Assembly (NCBI GenBank): GCA_046542505.1
Contig: JBKHBH010000011.1
Location: forward strand, 1-36,654
Length of the DNA stretch: 36,654 nt
From: Thermovirgaceae bacterium
Lineage (GTDB): Bacteria; Synergistota; Synergistia; Synergistales; Thermovirgaceae
Direction: 5' to 3'
Part shown: positions 16,258 to 25,654 of the stretch, in pieces
Position numbering within the stretch: position 1 is the stretch's first letter
Layout of the letters: each line of letters starts with the position of its first letter
The notes under the pieces: generated by a model
Seen by the model: only the letters and a program-made list of their open reading frames with translations
What the model was told of the DNA's origin: nothing
Database searches by the model: none
Translations under genes and position numbers: made by a program

Positions 16258-19200
16258 ATGAAGGGAGTACCACAGGTTGGATCGGCGAAGGAGGCTTTCT
16301 GCCGCACGAAAGGTTCGGCGGTCGGCAGCCGCCGTGTCCATGTCGGAGGAAAAACGGCTTCCTGGGCCTGGTTTTGCGGGGATGTTGAAGGACCTGCGCT
16401 TTTCGTCATGCCTGATAAGAGAGCTCTCAGGCAGTTTGTCTCCGATTGGGTGACTCTCTGCCGGAACCGGGAAACCATGACTCTTCCCGAGCTTCCACTG
16501 TGGATCGACGGATTCAGGAATGAAGCACTCCGGGTCAGACGGGGCGAAATATTGGAAAAATGGCGGAAAGAGGAAAGTATTCTCACGGCGACCCCCGCCG
16601 CGCTCATGACGCCTTTCAGGGTTTCTACGGGATATTTCCCCGTGGTTGTTGGCAAGAGCCCGGGGCGGGACGCCTTGCTTGAGTGGCTTGCCTCTTCCGG
16701 CTACGAAAGAGCGGACCTCGTCTGGCATCCCGGCCAGTTTGTCAGCCGCGGCAGTATCGTGGATGTTTTCGATCCCGCCTGGAAGCTTCCCCACCGAGTC
16801 GAATTTTTCGACGACCGCATTGAAAGCCTTCGGCTTTTCAGGACGGAAGACCAGCGGAGCATTACTCCCATGAATGAATCGCTCTTCCACGGCCTCAAGG
16901 GAGCGGTTGAACTTTCCCTTTCGGAAATAATTCCCGAAACCTCGCGGGTTATCCTTTGTGATCCGGACAAAATCGAGATCCAGGCTGATGCCGCCTGGTG
17001 GCTTCTCGCGGAGATGATGGAAAAGGCGGGGCTTCGGGAGGGTTGTCCCTGGAGCGAAATCAGGCGGGAATTGAACGCTTTCGAATGTCTCGAGATTACC
17101 GGCGTCCTCGACGGGGCACGGCTGCGTTCTTCCCTGGGGGAGCTCCCCGATTTCAGGGGGGACCGGCGTGCTCTCTGGAATTTCATTGAATACTGGAAAA
17201 CGCAGGACTACAGAATTACCGTCTGCTCAAGATCGGGAAAAACTCCTCTTGTTGAAAGCCTGAAAAAAGTGGATGTAGTGGAAAGAGGACTTTCTGAGGG
17301 GTTCATGGATCATGGAACGCGTCACCTGTTTCTTGCGGACGGAGAGCTGTATGGGGTCATCCCGCCGCTGGAGAGTGGCCCAATCGAGCCTGGTCCCCCC
17401 GTGGAATGGGATGAAAGCCTCCAGAAGACGGAATATGTCGTCCATGAGGAGTACGGTGTCGCGAAAAACAAAGGGATAGACACCATCGTCGCCGACGGCA
17501 TGGCAAGGGACTGTCTGATCCTTGAATTCGCGGATAACAGAAGACTTCTTGTCCCGCTCGTCCAGCTTTACAAAATTCTACCCTACTACGTGCCTTCAGG
17601 AGACGAGGCCCTCTTGGACAACCTCGGCGGAAGGAACTGGAAACGTTCCGTCAAGAGGGCCAGGGAACAGGCGAGGGAGTCAGCTGAGGCGCTTTTGGCA
17701 CTTTATGCGAAACGGGAGACGCTGGAGGGGTTCAGGCACGATTCGGACGGTTCCCTGACGGAAAGCATCGAAGCGAACTGCCCGTTCTCCCTGACTGCGG
17801 ACCAGGCAAAAGCTATCGAAGACATCAAAGGCGACATGGAGCACCTGCAGCCCATGGACCGGCTTCTCATCGGAGATGTCGGCTTCGGAAAGACCGAGGT
17901 GGCTCTCAGGGCCGCCGTCAAGGTCGCCGAAAACGGTCGGCAGGTGCTATTTCTGGTTCCCACAACGCTTTTGGCAGAACAGCATATGGCAACCTTCAGT
18001 GGCCGTTGCGACGGTCTGCCGATAAGGGTTGAGATGCTTTCACGCTTTGTTCCCTCTTCAAGGCAGCGCGCCGTCATAGAGGACGTCGCCCGGGGACGGG
18101 TCGACATCCTCATCGGAACCCACCGGTTGCTCCAGAAGGACTTGCAGATGAAAGACCTTGGCCTTGTCATCATTGATGAAGAACACCGTTTCGGAGTTTT
18201 TCACAAGGAATACGCCAAGTTCCTGCACCCGAAGGTGGATGTCCTCTCCATTACCGCGACACCGATTCCAAGGACGCTTCATATGGCCATGGGCGGGCTC
18301 AGGGACGTGTCGATCCTCGCTGTTCCACCCCACAGAAAGCGCCCGGTGCTGACATCTCTCGGCGAATGGGATGAAGGAATGGTCCGCCAGGCTGTAAAGC
18401 GGGAAATCGAAAGAGGTGGACAGATCTTTTTCGTTCACAACAGGATAGGGACCATCGAACACGTGGCAGCGAGGCTCAGGGGACTTTTCCCCGATATAAC
18501 GATCGATATCGCCCACGGGAGAATGAATGAGCGGCAGCTCGAAAAAGTGATGCACAGGTTCAGGAAGGAGACGACGAAGCTTCTCATCTGTACGACGATC
18601 ATTGAAAGCGGCCTCGATCTTCCGAATGTGAATACCCTGATCGTCGACGAAGCACAGGATCTCGGGCTTGCCCAGATGTACCAGCTGAGAGGCAGGATCG
18701 GCCGTCGTGAAGAACAGGCATTCTGTTTTTTGTTCTACCCCTCCGAATCGTCCCTGACACCGGAAGCGAGGGAGCGCCTCGAGGCCGTTTCCCAGATGAC
18801 GGAAGTCGGTTCCGGTTACAAGCTTGCCCGGCGGGATCTTGAAATACGGGGTGGAGGCCAGCTGATCGGTACCAGACAGCACGGGCGTATCGAACGGGTA
18901 GGATTTACCCTCTACTACAGGATGCTCGAGGAAGAAGTGGCGAAACTCAAGGGGGAAGACGCAAGGAAAGAAGTACCGGTGGATTTTCAGCTGCCCCTGC
19001 GGCTCCCGGCTTCATATATCCCGCAGTCGAATGTACGCGTCACGCTGTTTCGAAGACTGCTTCGGGTTTCTGGAACGGAAGAGGTAAGGGCTATCGAGGA
19101 AGAACTGAAAGACCGGTTCGGCCCCGTCCCGGATTCGGTAAAAAGCGTCCTGGCTCTGGCGAGGCTCAGGGTTGCGGGGAAAAAACATGGTATAGAATAC

Positions 19201-19410
19201 GTGAGATGCTCCGAATCGGAAACGGTTTTTTCCGGTGTCGGCAATGACCTCGCATCTCGTCTGGATGGAAGAAGATGGTATAAAGCAGGTGATGGCAGGC
19301 TGAGGGGTCCTGGAGGGTACAGGGGAATGGTCGAACTCGACAGGGCCTTGAAAGAAGCAGAAACGGCTGACACGGGCAAGGAGGATGTGCACCATGGAGA
19401 ATACCGGTGA
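16258..19410 (+). CDS. mfd: Transcription-repair coupling factor
   Basis: UvrB-like GQFVSRGSIVDVF, RID region YVVHEEYGV, MDRLLIGDVGFGKTEVA, DEEHRFG, TATPIPRTL, QLRGRIGR, RDLEIRGGG, C-terminal DRFGP. ATG 16258 after GAGGAG. Confidence 0.96.
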   Translation: MKGVPQVGSAKEAFCRTKGSAVGSRRVHVGGKTASWAWFCGDVEGPALFVMPDKRALRQFVSDWVTLCRNRETMTLPELPLWIDGFRNEALRVRRGEILEKWRKEESILTATPAALMTPFRVSTGYFPVVVGKSPGRDALLEWLASSGYERADLVWHPGQFVSRGSIVDVFDPAWKLPHRVEFFDDRIESLRLFRTEDQRSITPMNESLFHGLKGAVELSLSEIIPETSRVILCDPDKIEIQADAAWWLLAEMMEKAGLREGCPWSEIRRELNAFECLEITGVLDGARLRSSLGELPDFRGDRRALWNFIEYWKTQDYRITVCSRSGKTPLVESLKKVDVVERGLSEGFMDHGTRHLFLADGELYGVIPPLESGPIEPGPPVEWDESLQKTEYVVHEEYGVAKNKGIDTIVADGMARDCLILEFADNRRLLVPLVQLYKILPYYVPSGDEALLDNLGGRNWKRSVKRAREQARESAEALLALYAKRETLEGFRHDSDGSLTESIEANCPFSLTADQAKAIEDIKGDMEHLQPMDRLLIGDVGFGKTEVALRAAVKVAENGRQVLFLVPTTLLAEQHMATFSGRCDGLPIRVEMLSRFVPSSRQRAVIEDVARGRVDILIGTHRLLQKDLQMKDLGLVIIDEEHRFGVFHKEYAKFLHPKVDVLSITATPIPRTLHMAMGGLRDVSILAVPPHRKRPVLTSLGEWDEGMVRQAVKREIERGGQIFFVHNRIGTIEHVAARLRGLFPDITIDIAHGRMNERQLEKVMHRFRKETTKLLICTTIIESGLDLPNVNTLIVDEAQDLGLAQMYQLRGRIGRREEQAFCFLFYPSESSLTPEARERLEAVSQMTEVGSGYKLARRDLEIRGGGQLIGTRQHGRIERVGFTLYYRMLEEEVAKLKGEDARKEVPVDFQLPLRLPASYIPQSNVRVTLFRRLLRVSGTEEVRAIEEELKDRFGPVPDSVKSVLALARLRVAGKKHGIEYVRCSESETVFSGVGNDLASRLDGRRWYKAGDGRLRGPGGYRGMVELDRALKEAETADTGKEDVHHGEYR

Positions 19411-20188
19411 GAAACTGCTCAGTCTCATGGATGTGCTGAAACAGCTTCGGGAACCCGGAGGATGCCCCTGGGACCGTGAGCAGACGATGGAAAGCCTCAG
19501 GCCCTTCATTATTGAAGAAGCCTATGAACTCATTGAGGCCATAGATTCAGGGGATGCGAATGTCATCGCTGAAGAATGCGGCGACCATCTGCTCCAAGTG
19601 GTTTTCATAGCGAGAATTGCCGAGGAGGAAGGAAACTTCGATCTTGGAGACGTTCTCGATACCCTCGTGGAAAAACTGGTCCGCCGTCATCCACATGTTT
19701 TCGGTGATGTCCTCGTGGCGGACAGCGACGGCGTCAAGAAAAACTGGGAACAGATCAAAAAAGAGGAAAGACGGGACAAGGATCGGGATCATTCCATACT
19801 TTCAGGTATCCCGAAAAGTCTTCCCGCCCTTGTGCGGGCTTTCCAGATACAGGAGCGGGCGGCGAAAGTCGGTTTCGACTGGCCTGCCGGCGACGTGTCG
19901 CCTCTTCTCGAGAAAATCGGCGAGGAGCTTGAGGAACTTGTAAAAGCCCGCGAGGCCGGTGATACGGAACAGATCAGGGAAGAAGTAGGCGATTTGCTGT
20001 TTGCCGTCGTCAACCTGGCGCGGCATCTGGGAGTCGATGCCGAATTTAGTCTTCAAAAGACGAACAAAAAGTTCACAAGGCGTTTCGGGTTCATAGAAAA
20101 TACCGTCGAAAGCGGTGGCCGTGACTGGTCGGAGTATAGCCTCGACGAGCTTGAGGGGCTTTGGCAGAGAGCCAAAACCAGAAGCTGA
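19394..20188 (+). CDS. mazG: Nucleoside triphosphate pyrophosphohydrolase MazG (tandem domain)
   Basis: LREPGGCPWDREQT, EEAYE, EECGD, RRHPHVFG, AAKVGFDW, EEVGDLLF, KFTRRF. ATG 19394 after AGGAGG. Confidence 0.96.
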   Translation: MENTGEKLLSLMDVLKQLREPGGCPWDREQTMESLRPFIIEEAYELIEAIDSGDANVIAEECGDHLLQVVFIARIAEEEGNFDLGDVLDTLVEKLVRRHPHVFGDVLVADSDGVKKNWEQIKKEERRDKDRDHSILSGIPKSLPALVRAFQIQERAAKVGFDWPAGDVSPLLEKIGEELEELVKAREAGDTEQIREEVGDLLFAVVNLARHLGVDAEFSLQKTNKKFTRRFGFIENTVESGGRDWSEYSLDELEGLWQRAKTRS

Positions 20189-20268
20189 GGTAGCCTGGAG
20201 AGCATTGAGAGTATAGAATCGAAAAACGTGGTGGCCAGGTGCCGCTATCCAAAACAGGAGGTGTCCTG

Positions 20269-21771
20269 ATGGAAAAGCCCGCCGATCGCAAAATAGATCA
20301 GCGTAATACCGAAAGGGAAGAAAAACAGGAAACCCGGCCGGAAAGAACCACAGGAGACAAAACGAGGGCCGTCAGACCTTCCCGTCCCGTTGCAATCACG
20401 GAAACGGCGCTCCGGGACGCTCATCAGTCCATCATGGCCACGCGACTGCGGACGAAAGACATGCTGCCCGTGGCGGAGCTGATGGACGCTGTGGGATATC
20501 ATTCGCTGGAAGTCTGGGGCGGGGCGACCTTTGATTCATGCATGCGGTTTCTGGACGAGGACCCCTGGGAAAGGCTCCGGGAGCTCAGGAAACGGTTCAA
20601 AAAGACGAAGCTCCAGATGCTTCTCAGGGGGCAGAATGTCGTCGGCTACAGGCATTACGCCGATGATGTAGTCCGAGAATTTGTGAAAAGGGCCGTGGGA
20701 AACGGGCTGGACATTATCCGTGTCTTCGACGCGCTGAACGACGTCAGGAACATGGAGATTGCCGCCGACCAGGTGAAGCGGGAAGGAAGCCACCTTCAGA
20801 TGTGCCTGTCCTACACCATATCCCCCGTGCACACTCTGGAGGCTTTCGGCGATCTTTCACTGACGATGAAGGACATGGGGGCGGATTCGATCTGCATCAA
20901 GGATATGGCCGGCCTTTTGAGTCCCGTCGATGCGGGAGCCCTCGTTAAGGCCATCAAGGAAAAGACAAGCCTTCCTGTCCAGGTTCACTGCCACTATACA
21001 AGCGGCATGGCCGCCATGTCCTATATGGCTGCCGTAGAAGCCGGCGCCGATGTGATTGACTGTGCCATATCCCCCCTTGCGATGGGGACGAGCCAGCCGG
21101 CGACGGAGGCCATGGTAGCCGCATTACAGCGAAGCCCCTTTGACACCGGACTCGACCTTGAAAAGCTGGCCCCCATAGCAAGACATTTCAAATCCGTCAA
21201 GGAAGATTACCGCAAGTTCGTCATGGGACTGGAAGGTGTGGATATCAACGTCCTCCTGTACCAGATTCCAGGTGGAATGTATTCCAACCTCGTGAGCCAG
21301 CTCAAGGAACAAAACGCGCTGGACAAACTCCAGAACGTTCTGGAAGAAGTTCCCAAGGTACGGGAGGAGATGGGGTATCCACCCCTAGTCACCCCGACGA
21401 GTCAGCTTGTCGGAACCCAGGCGACGCTGAATGTCCTTACCGGCGAGCGATGGAAGATCATTCCCAATGAGGTCAGGAAATATTTCCTCGGCTTTTACGG
21501 AAGACCTCCCGGAAAGATCGACGAAACCATCCGTGAAAAGGTCATCGGAGACGAAAAACCGATAGACTGCCGCCCCGGAGAAATCATCGAACCGGAACTC
21601 GAGAAGATAAACAAGGTCATGGGAGCCTATATAACACAGCCCGAGGATGCCCTGACTTATGCCTTGTTCCCGGCGGTCGCGAAGGATTTCCTCGTCAGGA
21701 AGTACGCCATGCAGACGAAAAGGGACGTGGGTTTCGAGGAGCTTGTCGAGGGAGCGGCCTATCCCTTATAA
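20269..21771 (+). CDS. Pyruvate/oxaloacetate carboxyltransferase subunit (PycB/OadA/transcarboxylase 5S family) without a biotin-carrier domain
   Basis: LRDAHQS..ATR, EVWGGATFD, QMLLRGQN, IKDMAG, HCHYTSG, IPGGMYSNL, GYPPLVTPTSQ; ends at about 500 aa with no AMKM biotinylation motif. SD AGGAGGTG. Confidence 0.92.
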   Translation: MEKPADRKIDQRNTEREEKQETRPERTTGDKTRAVRPSRPVAITETALRDAHQSIMATRLRTKDMLPVAELMDAVGYHSLEVWGGATFDSCMRFLDEDPWERLRELRKRFKKTKLQMLLRGQNVVGYRHYADDVVREFVKRAVGNGLDIIRVFDALNDVRNMEIAADQVKREGSHLQMCLSYTISPVHTLEAFGDLSLTMKDMGADSICIKDMAGLLSPVDAGALVKAIKEKTSLPVQVHCHYTSGMAAMSYMAAVEAGADVIDCAISPLAMGTSQPATEAMVAALQRSPFDTGLDLEKLAPIARHFKSVKEDYRKFVMGLEGVDINVLLYQIPGGMYSNLVSQLKEQNALDKLQNVLEEVPKVREEMGYPPLVTPTSQLVGTQATLNVLTGERWKIIPNEVRKYFLGFYGRPPGKIDETIREKVIGDEKPIDCRPGEIIEPELEKINKVMGAYITQPEDALTYALFPAVAKDFLVRKYAMQTKRDVGFEELVEGAAYPL

Positions 21772-21792
21772 TGCCGCGGTGCCGGGCGATGA

Positions 21793-21801
21793 TGTTATAA
21801 T
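21793..21801 (+). promoter_or_regulatory. Putative extended -10 promoter (TG-T-TATAAT) upstream of nfu
   Basis: Perfect TGnTATAAT in the intergenic gap. Confidence 0.6.
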
Positions 21802-21859
21802 TGCCTGGATGCGAAAAGACTTGTAAATAACGCCAGGAACGAAAGTGGAGGAGATTTGG

Positions 21860-22099
21860 TTGACTACGGAAAAAAAGATCATCGATACCATTGATTCGAA
21901 AATCCGCCCTGCTCTCCAGAGCCACGGCGGTGATATCGAATACGTCAGTTTCGATAATGGTGAAGGCATCGTGAAGGTCAGGCTTACCGGTGCGTGCGGA
22001 AGTTGTCCCTTTGCGCAGGAAACCCTCCGTGCCCAGGTGGAAGCAGTTCTGAAAAAAGAGATTCCGGAAATATCCGGAGTCGTCCGTGAAAAGGACTAA
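21860..22099 (+). CDS. Stand-alone NifU C-terminal (Nfu) domain Fe-S carrier
   Basis: IRPALQSHGGDIE, VRLTGACGSCP. TTG 21860 after GGAGGAG (ORF track starts at 21845). Confidence 0.92.
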   Translation: MTTEKKIIDTIDSKIRPALQSHGGDIEYVSFDNGEGIVKVRLTGACGSCPFAQETLRAQVEAVLKKEIPEISGVVREKD

Positions 22100-22129
22100 A
22101 GGCGAAAGCGGAAGAACAAAGAGGTGATC

Positions 22130-23095
22130 GTGACCATACCTGCTGATTCAGTTATTGTCGTTCCCAATGATGAGGCCATGTCCAGGTTTCTCGGACAGCA
22201 TGACGAGAACCTCAGGCTCATAGAGCAGCGGTTTCCCGTCAGGCTCGTCGTCAGGGAGAAGGAAATCTCCGTACAGGGGCCCGACGCCGATGTAGTCGAG
22301 ATGGTTATGCGGATTGTCTCGCAACTTGTCGGCGTGGCGAAGAGGGGGCATGTCCTGAAGCCCTCCGTAGTGAGCTACGCCATGAATGTTTATGCCGAAC
22401 ACGAGGACGTGGATCTGCTTTCACTTTACGAAGACGTCATCTGCATGACCTACAGGGGAAAGCCGATTCGTCCGCGGACAACGGGTCAGAAAAAATACGT
22501 GGATGCCATTCGCAAAAACGATGTCGTCTTTTCCATCGGGCCCGCCGGTACGGGAAAGACCTACCTTGCTGTGGCTCTTGCTGTTGCAGCCCTGAAAGAT
22601 GCCGCCATCAGCAGGATCGTGCTTGTACGCCCTGCCGTGGAGGCCGGCGAAAGCCTGGGGTATCTTCCGGGTGACCTGAGGGAAAAAGTCGAGCCCTATC
22701 TCAGGCCGCTTTACGACGCATTTTATGAAATGTTTTCCCCGGAGCGGTTCATGAAATACGTCGAAAAGAGGGTCATTGAAATCGCCCCGCTGGCCTACAT
22801 GCGCGGGAGGACTCTCAATGACAGCTTTATCATTCTTGACGAAGCTCAGAATACGACGCCAGAACAAATGAAGATGTTCCTCACACGCCTCGGTTTCGGG
22901 TCGAAAGCTGTTGTGACGGGTGACGTGACCCAGATTGACCTGCCCGTCGGCAAGGATTCGGGTCTCAAGGTGGTGCAGTCGGTATTGTACGGCATCCCGG
23001 GCATCGAATTCGTGACCCTCGGCAAAAGAGATGTCGTCCGTCACGAGATAGTCCAGAGGATCGTACAGGCCTACGAAGACTATGAACAACGGTGA
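22130..23095 (+). CDS. phoH: PhoH-family ATPase
   Basis: GPAGTGKTYLA, RPAVEAGESLGYLPGD, PLAYMRGRTL, LDEAQN, GDVTQIDLP, DVVRH. GTG at 22124 or 22130. Confidence 0.95.
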   Translation: MTIPADSVIVVPNDEAMSRFLGQHDENLRLIEQRFPVRLVVREKEISVQGPDADVVEMVMRIVSQLVGVAKRGHVLKPSVVSYAMNVYAEHEDVDLLSLYEDVICMTYRGKPIRPRTTGQKKYVDAIRKNDVVFSIGPAGTGKTYLAVALAVAALKDAAISRIVLVRPAVEAGESLGYLPGDLREKVEPYLRPLYDAFYEMFSPERFMKYVEKRVIEIAPLAYMRGRTLNDSFIILDEAQNTTPEQMKMFLTRLGFGSKAVVTGDVTQIDLPVGKDSGLKVVQSVLYGIPGIEFVTLGKRDVVRHEIVQRIVQAYEDYEQR

Positions 23096-25148
23096 GAAAA
23101 GCCAAAGTAGACACGCCCTTCGGGCAGCTTTAAGTCTGACGGGCCTCCAGTCGTTTTTCGCGAAAATGCGGAACCAGGTTATTTCCACGTTGGTGCTGGT
23201 TTTCATACTTTCCGCGGTTTACGCCGGCAGCTGGTGGATGGATGCCGGCAGCTCTTCCTTCGTGCAGGGCGAGCCCTCCCCGAGAACATATTTCTCCCGA
23301 TATCGGATGAAGTACGTTGATGAGAAGGCAACCCGGGAACTCAGACAGAAACGGCAGGAAAACCTCCTCGGCGTTCTGGTGCGTGAACAGGACGCGAAAA
23401 ATGAGCTCGGCCTGAGGCTGGACAGGGTTTCCATAGGCAATGTGGAAGATATCCTGCCCGAGGACCTGACGGGCCTTTTACGGGAACTCTCCCCGCCGGC
23501 CCGCGAACGTGTCCTCGATGCAGTCTCCGACATAGGGAGCCACTTTCTCGACGAAGAGCCCGAGGCGTACGGCGAAGACGCGGTGTGGCGCATGCTCGAC
23601 GGGACGGAGCTTGAAAGTGCAGAAAAAAACCTCGCTTTCCAGATTATCGATCACCTGATGCAGCCTGTCGCGATGATCGATCCCGAGGCGACTTCGGAAT
23701 ACAGGTCATATATCCGGGAACAGGTTCAACCCATTGAACGGACCATTTCCACCGGGGACGTTATCATCAGGGAAGGGGAGCTCATCACGCCGGATGTCTC
23801 CGCCATACTCCGGTCCCAGGGATACCCCGAACGAATCTTTCCCTACGAGGGATATCTTTTCCTCCTTGTCATCGCCCTGGCCTGGCTCGTGTGGTACTGG
23901 TGGTACCAATACCGGAGCGTCTACCGGTTGCAGGCAAAGGAATGGGGCTTTCTTGTCACGACCCTTTCTGCAGGTTGGATATTCCAGTATCTTTCACGCT
24001 TTTACGGCGGGGAAGGGTTCGGCATTCTGGCCATGGGCGCCTGGCTGTTCCTGTGCTTTCCGCCCCATCTTGCCTTCCACCTGGTCCTCGGTGCGGGAAT
24101 TTTGGGTGCCTTCGCTTCCGCCGGGGCCTCCCTCGCTGAAATTATCCTCTCTTCGGTGATTGCCCTGGTTCTGGCCTGTCTCGGGTACCTGCTTTTGCCC
24201 GCTGTGGACAGGAGGCGAAGGCTTTTCTGGTCGCTGGCCGTCATCGGTTCCGTTTCGGCGGTGATCCTTCTCATGTGCCGGTGGGGGCTGGGCCTCGATA
24301 TATCGCTCCGCATGGCAGCTGTCTACTTTCTTTCCGTCTTTCTCTGGACAATCCTCGCGGTGGCTCTTCTGCCGGTTTGGGAGTCCCTGTTTGACATACT
24401 CACTCCCACCAGGCTCGTGGATCTGAGCCATCCTTCTCATCCGCTGCTCAAAAGGCTTCAGCTTGAGGCTCCCGGTACCTATCATCATTCCCTCATGGTA
24501 GGGACCCTCGCCGAAGTAGCGGCGGAGAAACTCATGATGAAATCTTTGCTCGTCAAGGCGGGAGCCTACTATCATGACATCGGGAAACTCAGACGGCCAC
24601 AGTTTTTCGTCGAGAACCAGCAGACCGGCGAAAACGCCCACGACGCCCTGGCACCCACAATGTCGGCTCTGGTTATCGTTTCCCACGTGCGGGACGGTCT
24701 CGAGATGGCGAGGAAATACAAGCTGCCGCGCCGGATCTGTGATTTTATCCAGGAGCATCACGGAACCACGTGTCTGCAGTATTTCTTTAAGAAAGCCCGA
24801 TCATCGGAACAGGAAGTCCCCATGGAGCAGTTCTGCTATCCTGGGCCGAAACCCGCAAGCCGGGAAACGGCCCTCATCATGCTTGCCGATTCCGTGGAGG
24901 CTGCCGTGCGTTCCGCCGGTTCGACTGTTCTGGATACGCGCGATATTCAGGATATCGTCGCCGATGTCATCGAGACAAAAGTCCAGGAAGGGCAGATGGA
25001 CAACGTGGATTTGACCCTGAGGGAAATATCCGTAGTCCGGGGGAGTTTCATCGAATCCCTTCGGCACATGTATCACACGAGACAGGTAACGCCCGTTGAT
25101 GACAAAAGCCCTGAAATCGTAAAAAGGAGAACCGCCGATGGCCCTTAG
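23082..25148 (+). CDS. pgpH: 7TM-HD phosphohydrolase (PgpH-type, probable c-di-AMP phosphodiesterase)
   Basis: N-terminal TM, large extracellular domain, multi-TM block, HD domain (EAPGTYHHS, YYHDIGK, FFVENQ, HHGTT, MLADSVEAA); canonical phoH-pgpH-ybeY position. Substrate is inferred. Confidence 0.88.
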   Translation: MNNGEKSQSRHALRAALSLTGLQSFFAKMRNQVISTLVLVFILSAVYAGSWWMDAGSSSFVQGEPSPRTYFSRYRMKYVDEKATRELRQKRQENLLGVLVREQDAKNELGLRLDRVSIGNVEDILPEDLTGLLRELSPPARERVLDAVSDIGSHFLDEEPEAYGEDAVWRMLDGTELESAEKNLAFQIIDHLMQPVAMIDPEATSEYRSYIREQVQPIERTISTGDVIIREGELITPDVSAILRSQGYPERIFPYEGYLFLLVIALAWLVWYWWYQYRSVYRLQAKEWGFLVTTLSAGWIFQYLSRFYGGEGFGILAMGAWLFLCFPPHLAFHLVLGAGILGAFASAGASLAEIILSSVIALVLACLGYLLLPAVDRRRRLFWSLAVIGSVSAVILLMCRWGLGLDISLRMAAVYFLSVFLWTILAVALLPVWESLFDILTPTRLVDLSHPSHPLLKRLQLEAPGTYHHSLMVGTLAEVAAEKLMMKSLLVKAGAYYHDIGKLRRPQFFVENQQTGENAHDALAPTMSALVIVSHVRDGLEMARKYKLPRRICDFIQEHHGTTCLQYFFKKARSSEQEVPMEQFCYPGPKPASRETALIMLADSVEAAVRSAGSTVLDTRDIQDIVADVIETKVQEGQMDNVDLTLREISVVRGSFIESLRHMYHTRQVTPVDDKSPEIVKRRTADGP

Positions 25149-25647
25149 ATTTGAGGCAGAAGAGCAATGCCGTGCGGCACTGGGCGAGATTTCTCTCGGG
25201 GTCCTCGAAGGAGTGCTTGCAGGCCTTTGGACCAGGTTCGTTCCTGATGTCGCTGAACCGAAAGTGCTTGAAATCTCGCTTTCCATTGCGGACCCTGAAA
25301 AGATGCGGGCACTCAACAAGAGATACCGTGACATCGACGAACCGACGGATGTTCTGGCCTTTCCCCTGTGGGAAACGGCGGACGGGCTCTTTTCGCCACC
25401 AACGGGCTGGCCTGTGCTCGAGCTTGGAGACGTGGTGGTCTGTCCCCCGAAAATCGCGGAAAACGCCGTCTCCTACGGCAAGGTTTACGAAGAAGAACTC
25501 CTTTTGGTTCTGATTCACGGTGTCCTGCACCTCTTCGCTCTTGATCACGGTTGCGAAGAGGGCAGGGCAAAGATGTGGAAGATTCAGGAGGACCTTGTGA
25601 AGGCCTGCAACGTGAGGAAAATGTCCGCCCCCGGGAAGGAGGAGTGA
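25138..25647 (+). CDS. ybeY: rRNA maturation endoribonuclease YbeY
   Basis: LNKRYRDIDEPTDVLAFP, LGDVVV, HGVLHLFALDH (three-His metal motif). Confidence 0.93.
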   Translation: MALRFEAEEQCRAALGEISLGVLEGVLAGLWTRFVPDVAEPKVLEISLSIADPEKMRALNKRYRDIDEPTDVLAFPLWETADGLFSPPTGWPVLELGDVVVCPPKIAENAVSYGKVYEEELLLVLIHGVLHLFALDHGCEEGRAKMWKIQEDLVKACNVRKMSAPGKEE

Positions 25648-25654
25648 TCAGGCA

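Noticed and set aside
21766..21805. Direct repeat TTATAAT(T)GCC upstream of nfu as Per-box half sites
   Set aside because: One copy includes the upstream stop codon and the other is the -10 element; neither forms a full inverted Per box.
25516..25548. YbeY motif variant HGVLHLFALDH (usually ..LLGYDH)
   Set aside because: All three metal-binding His residues are retained; no evidence of altered function.
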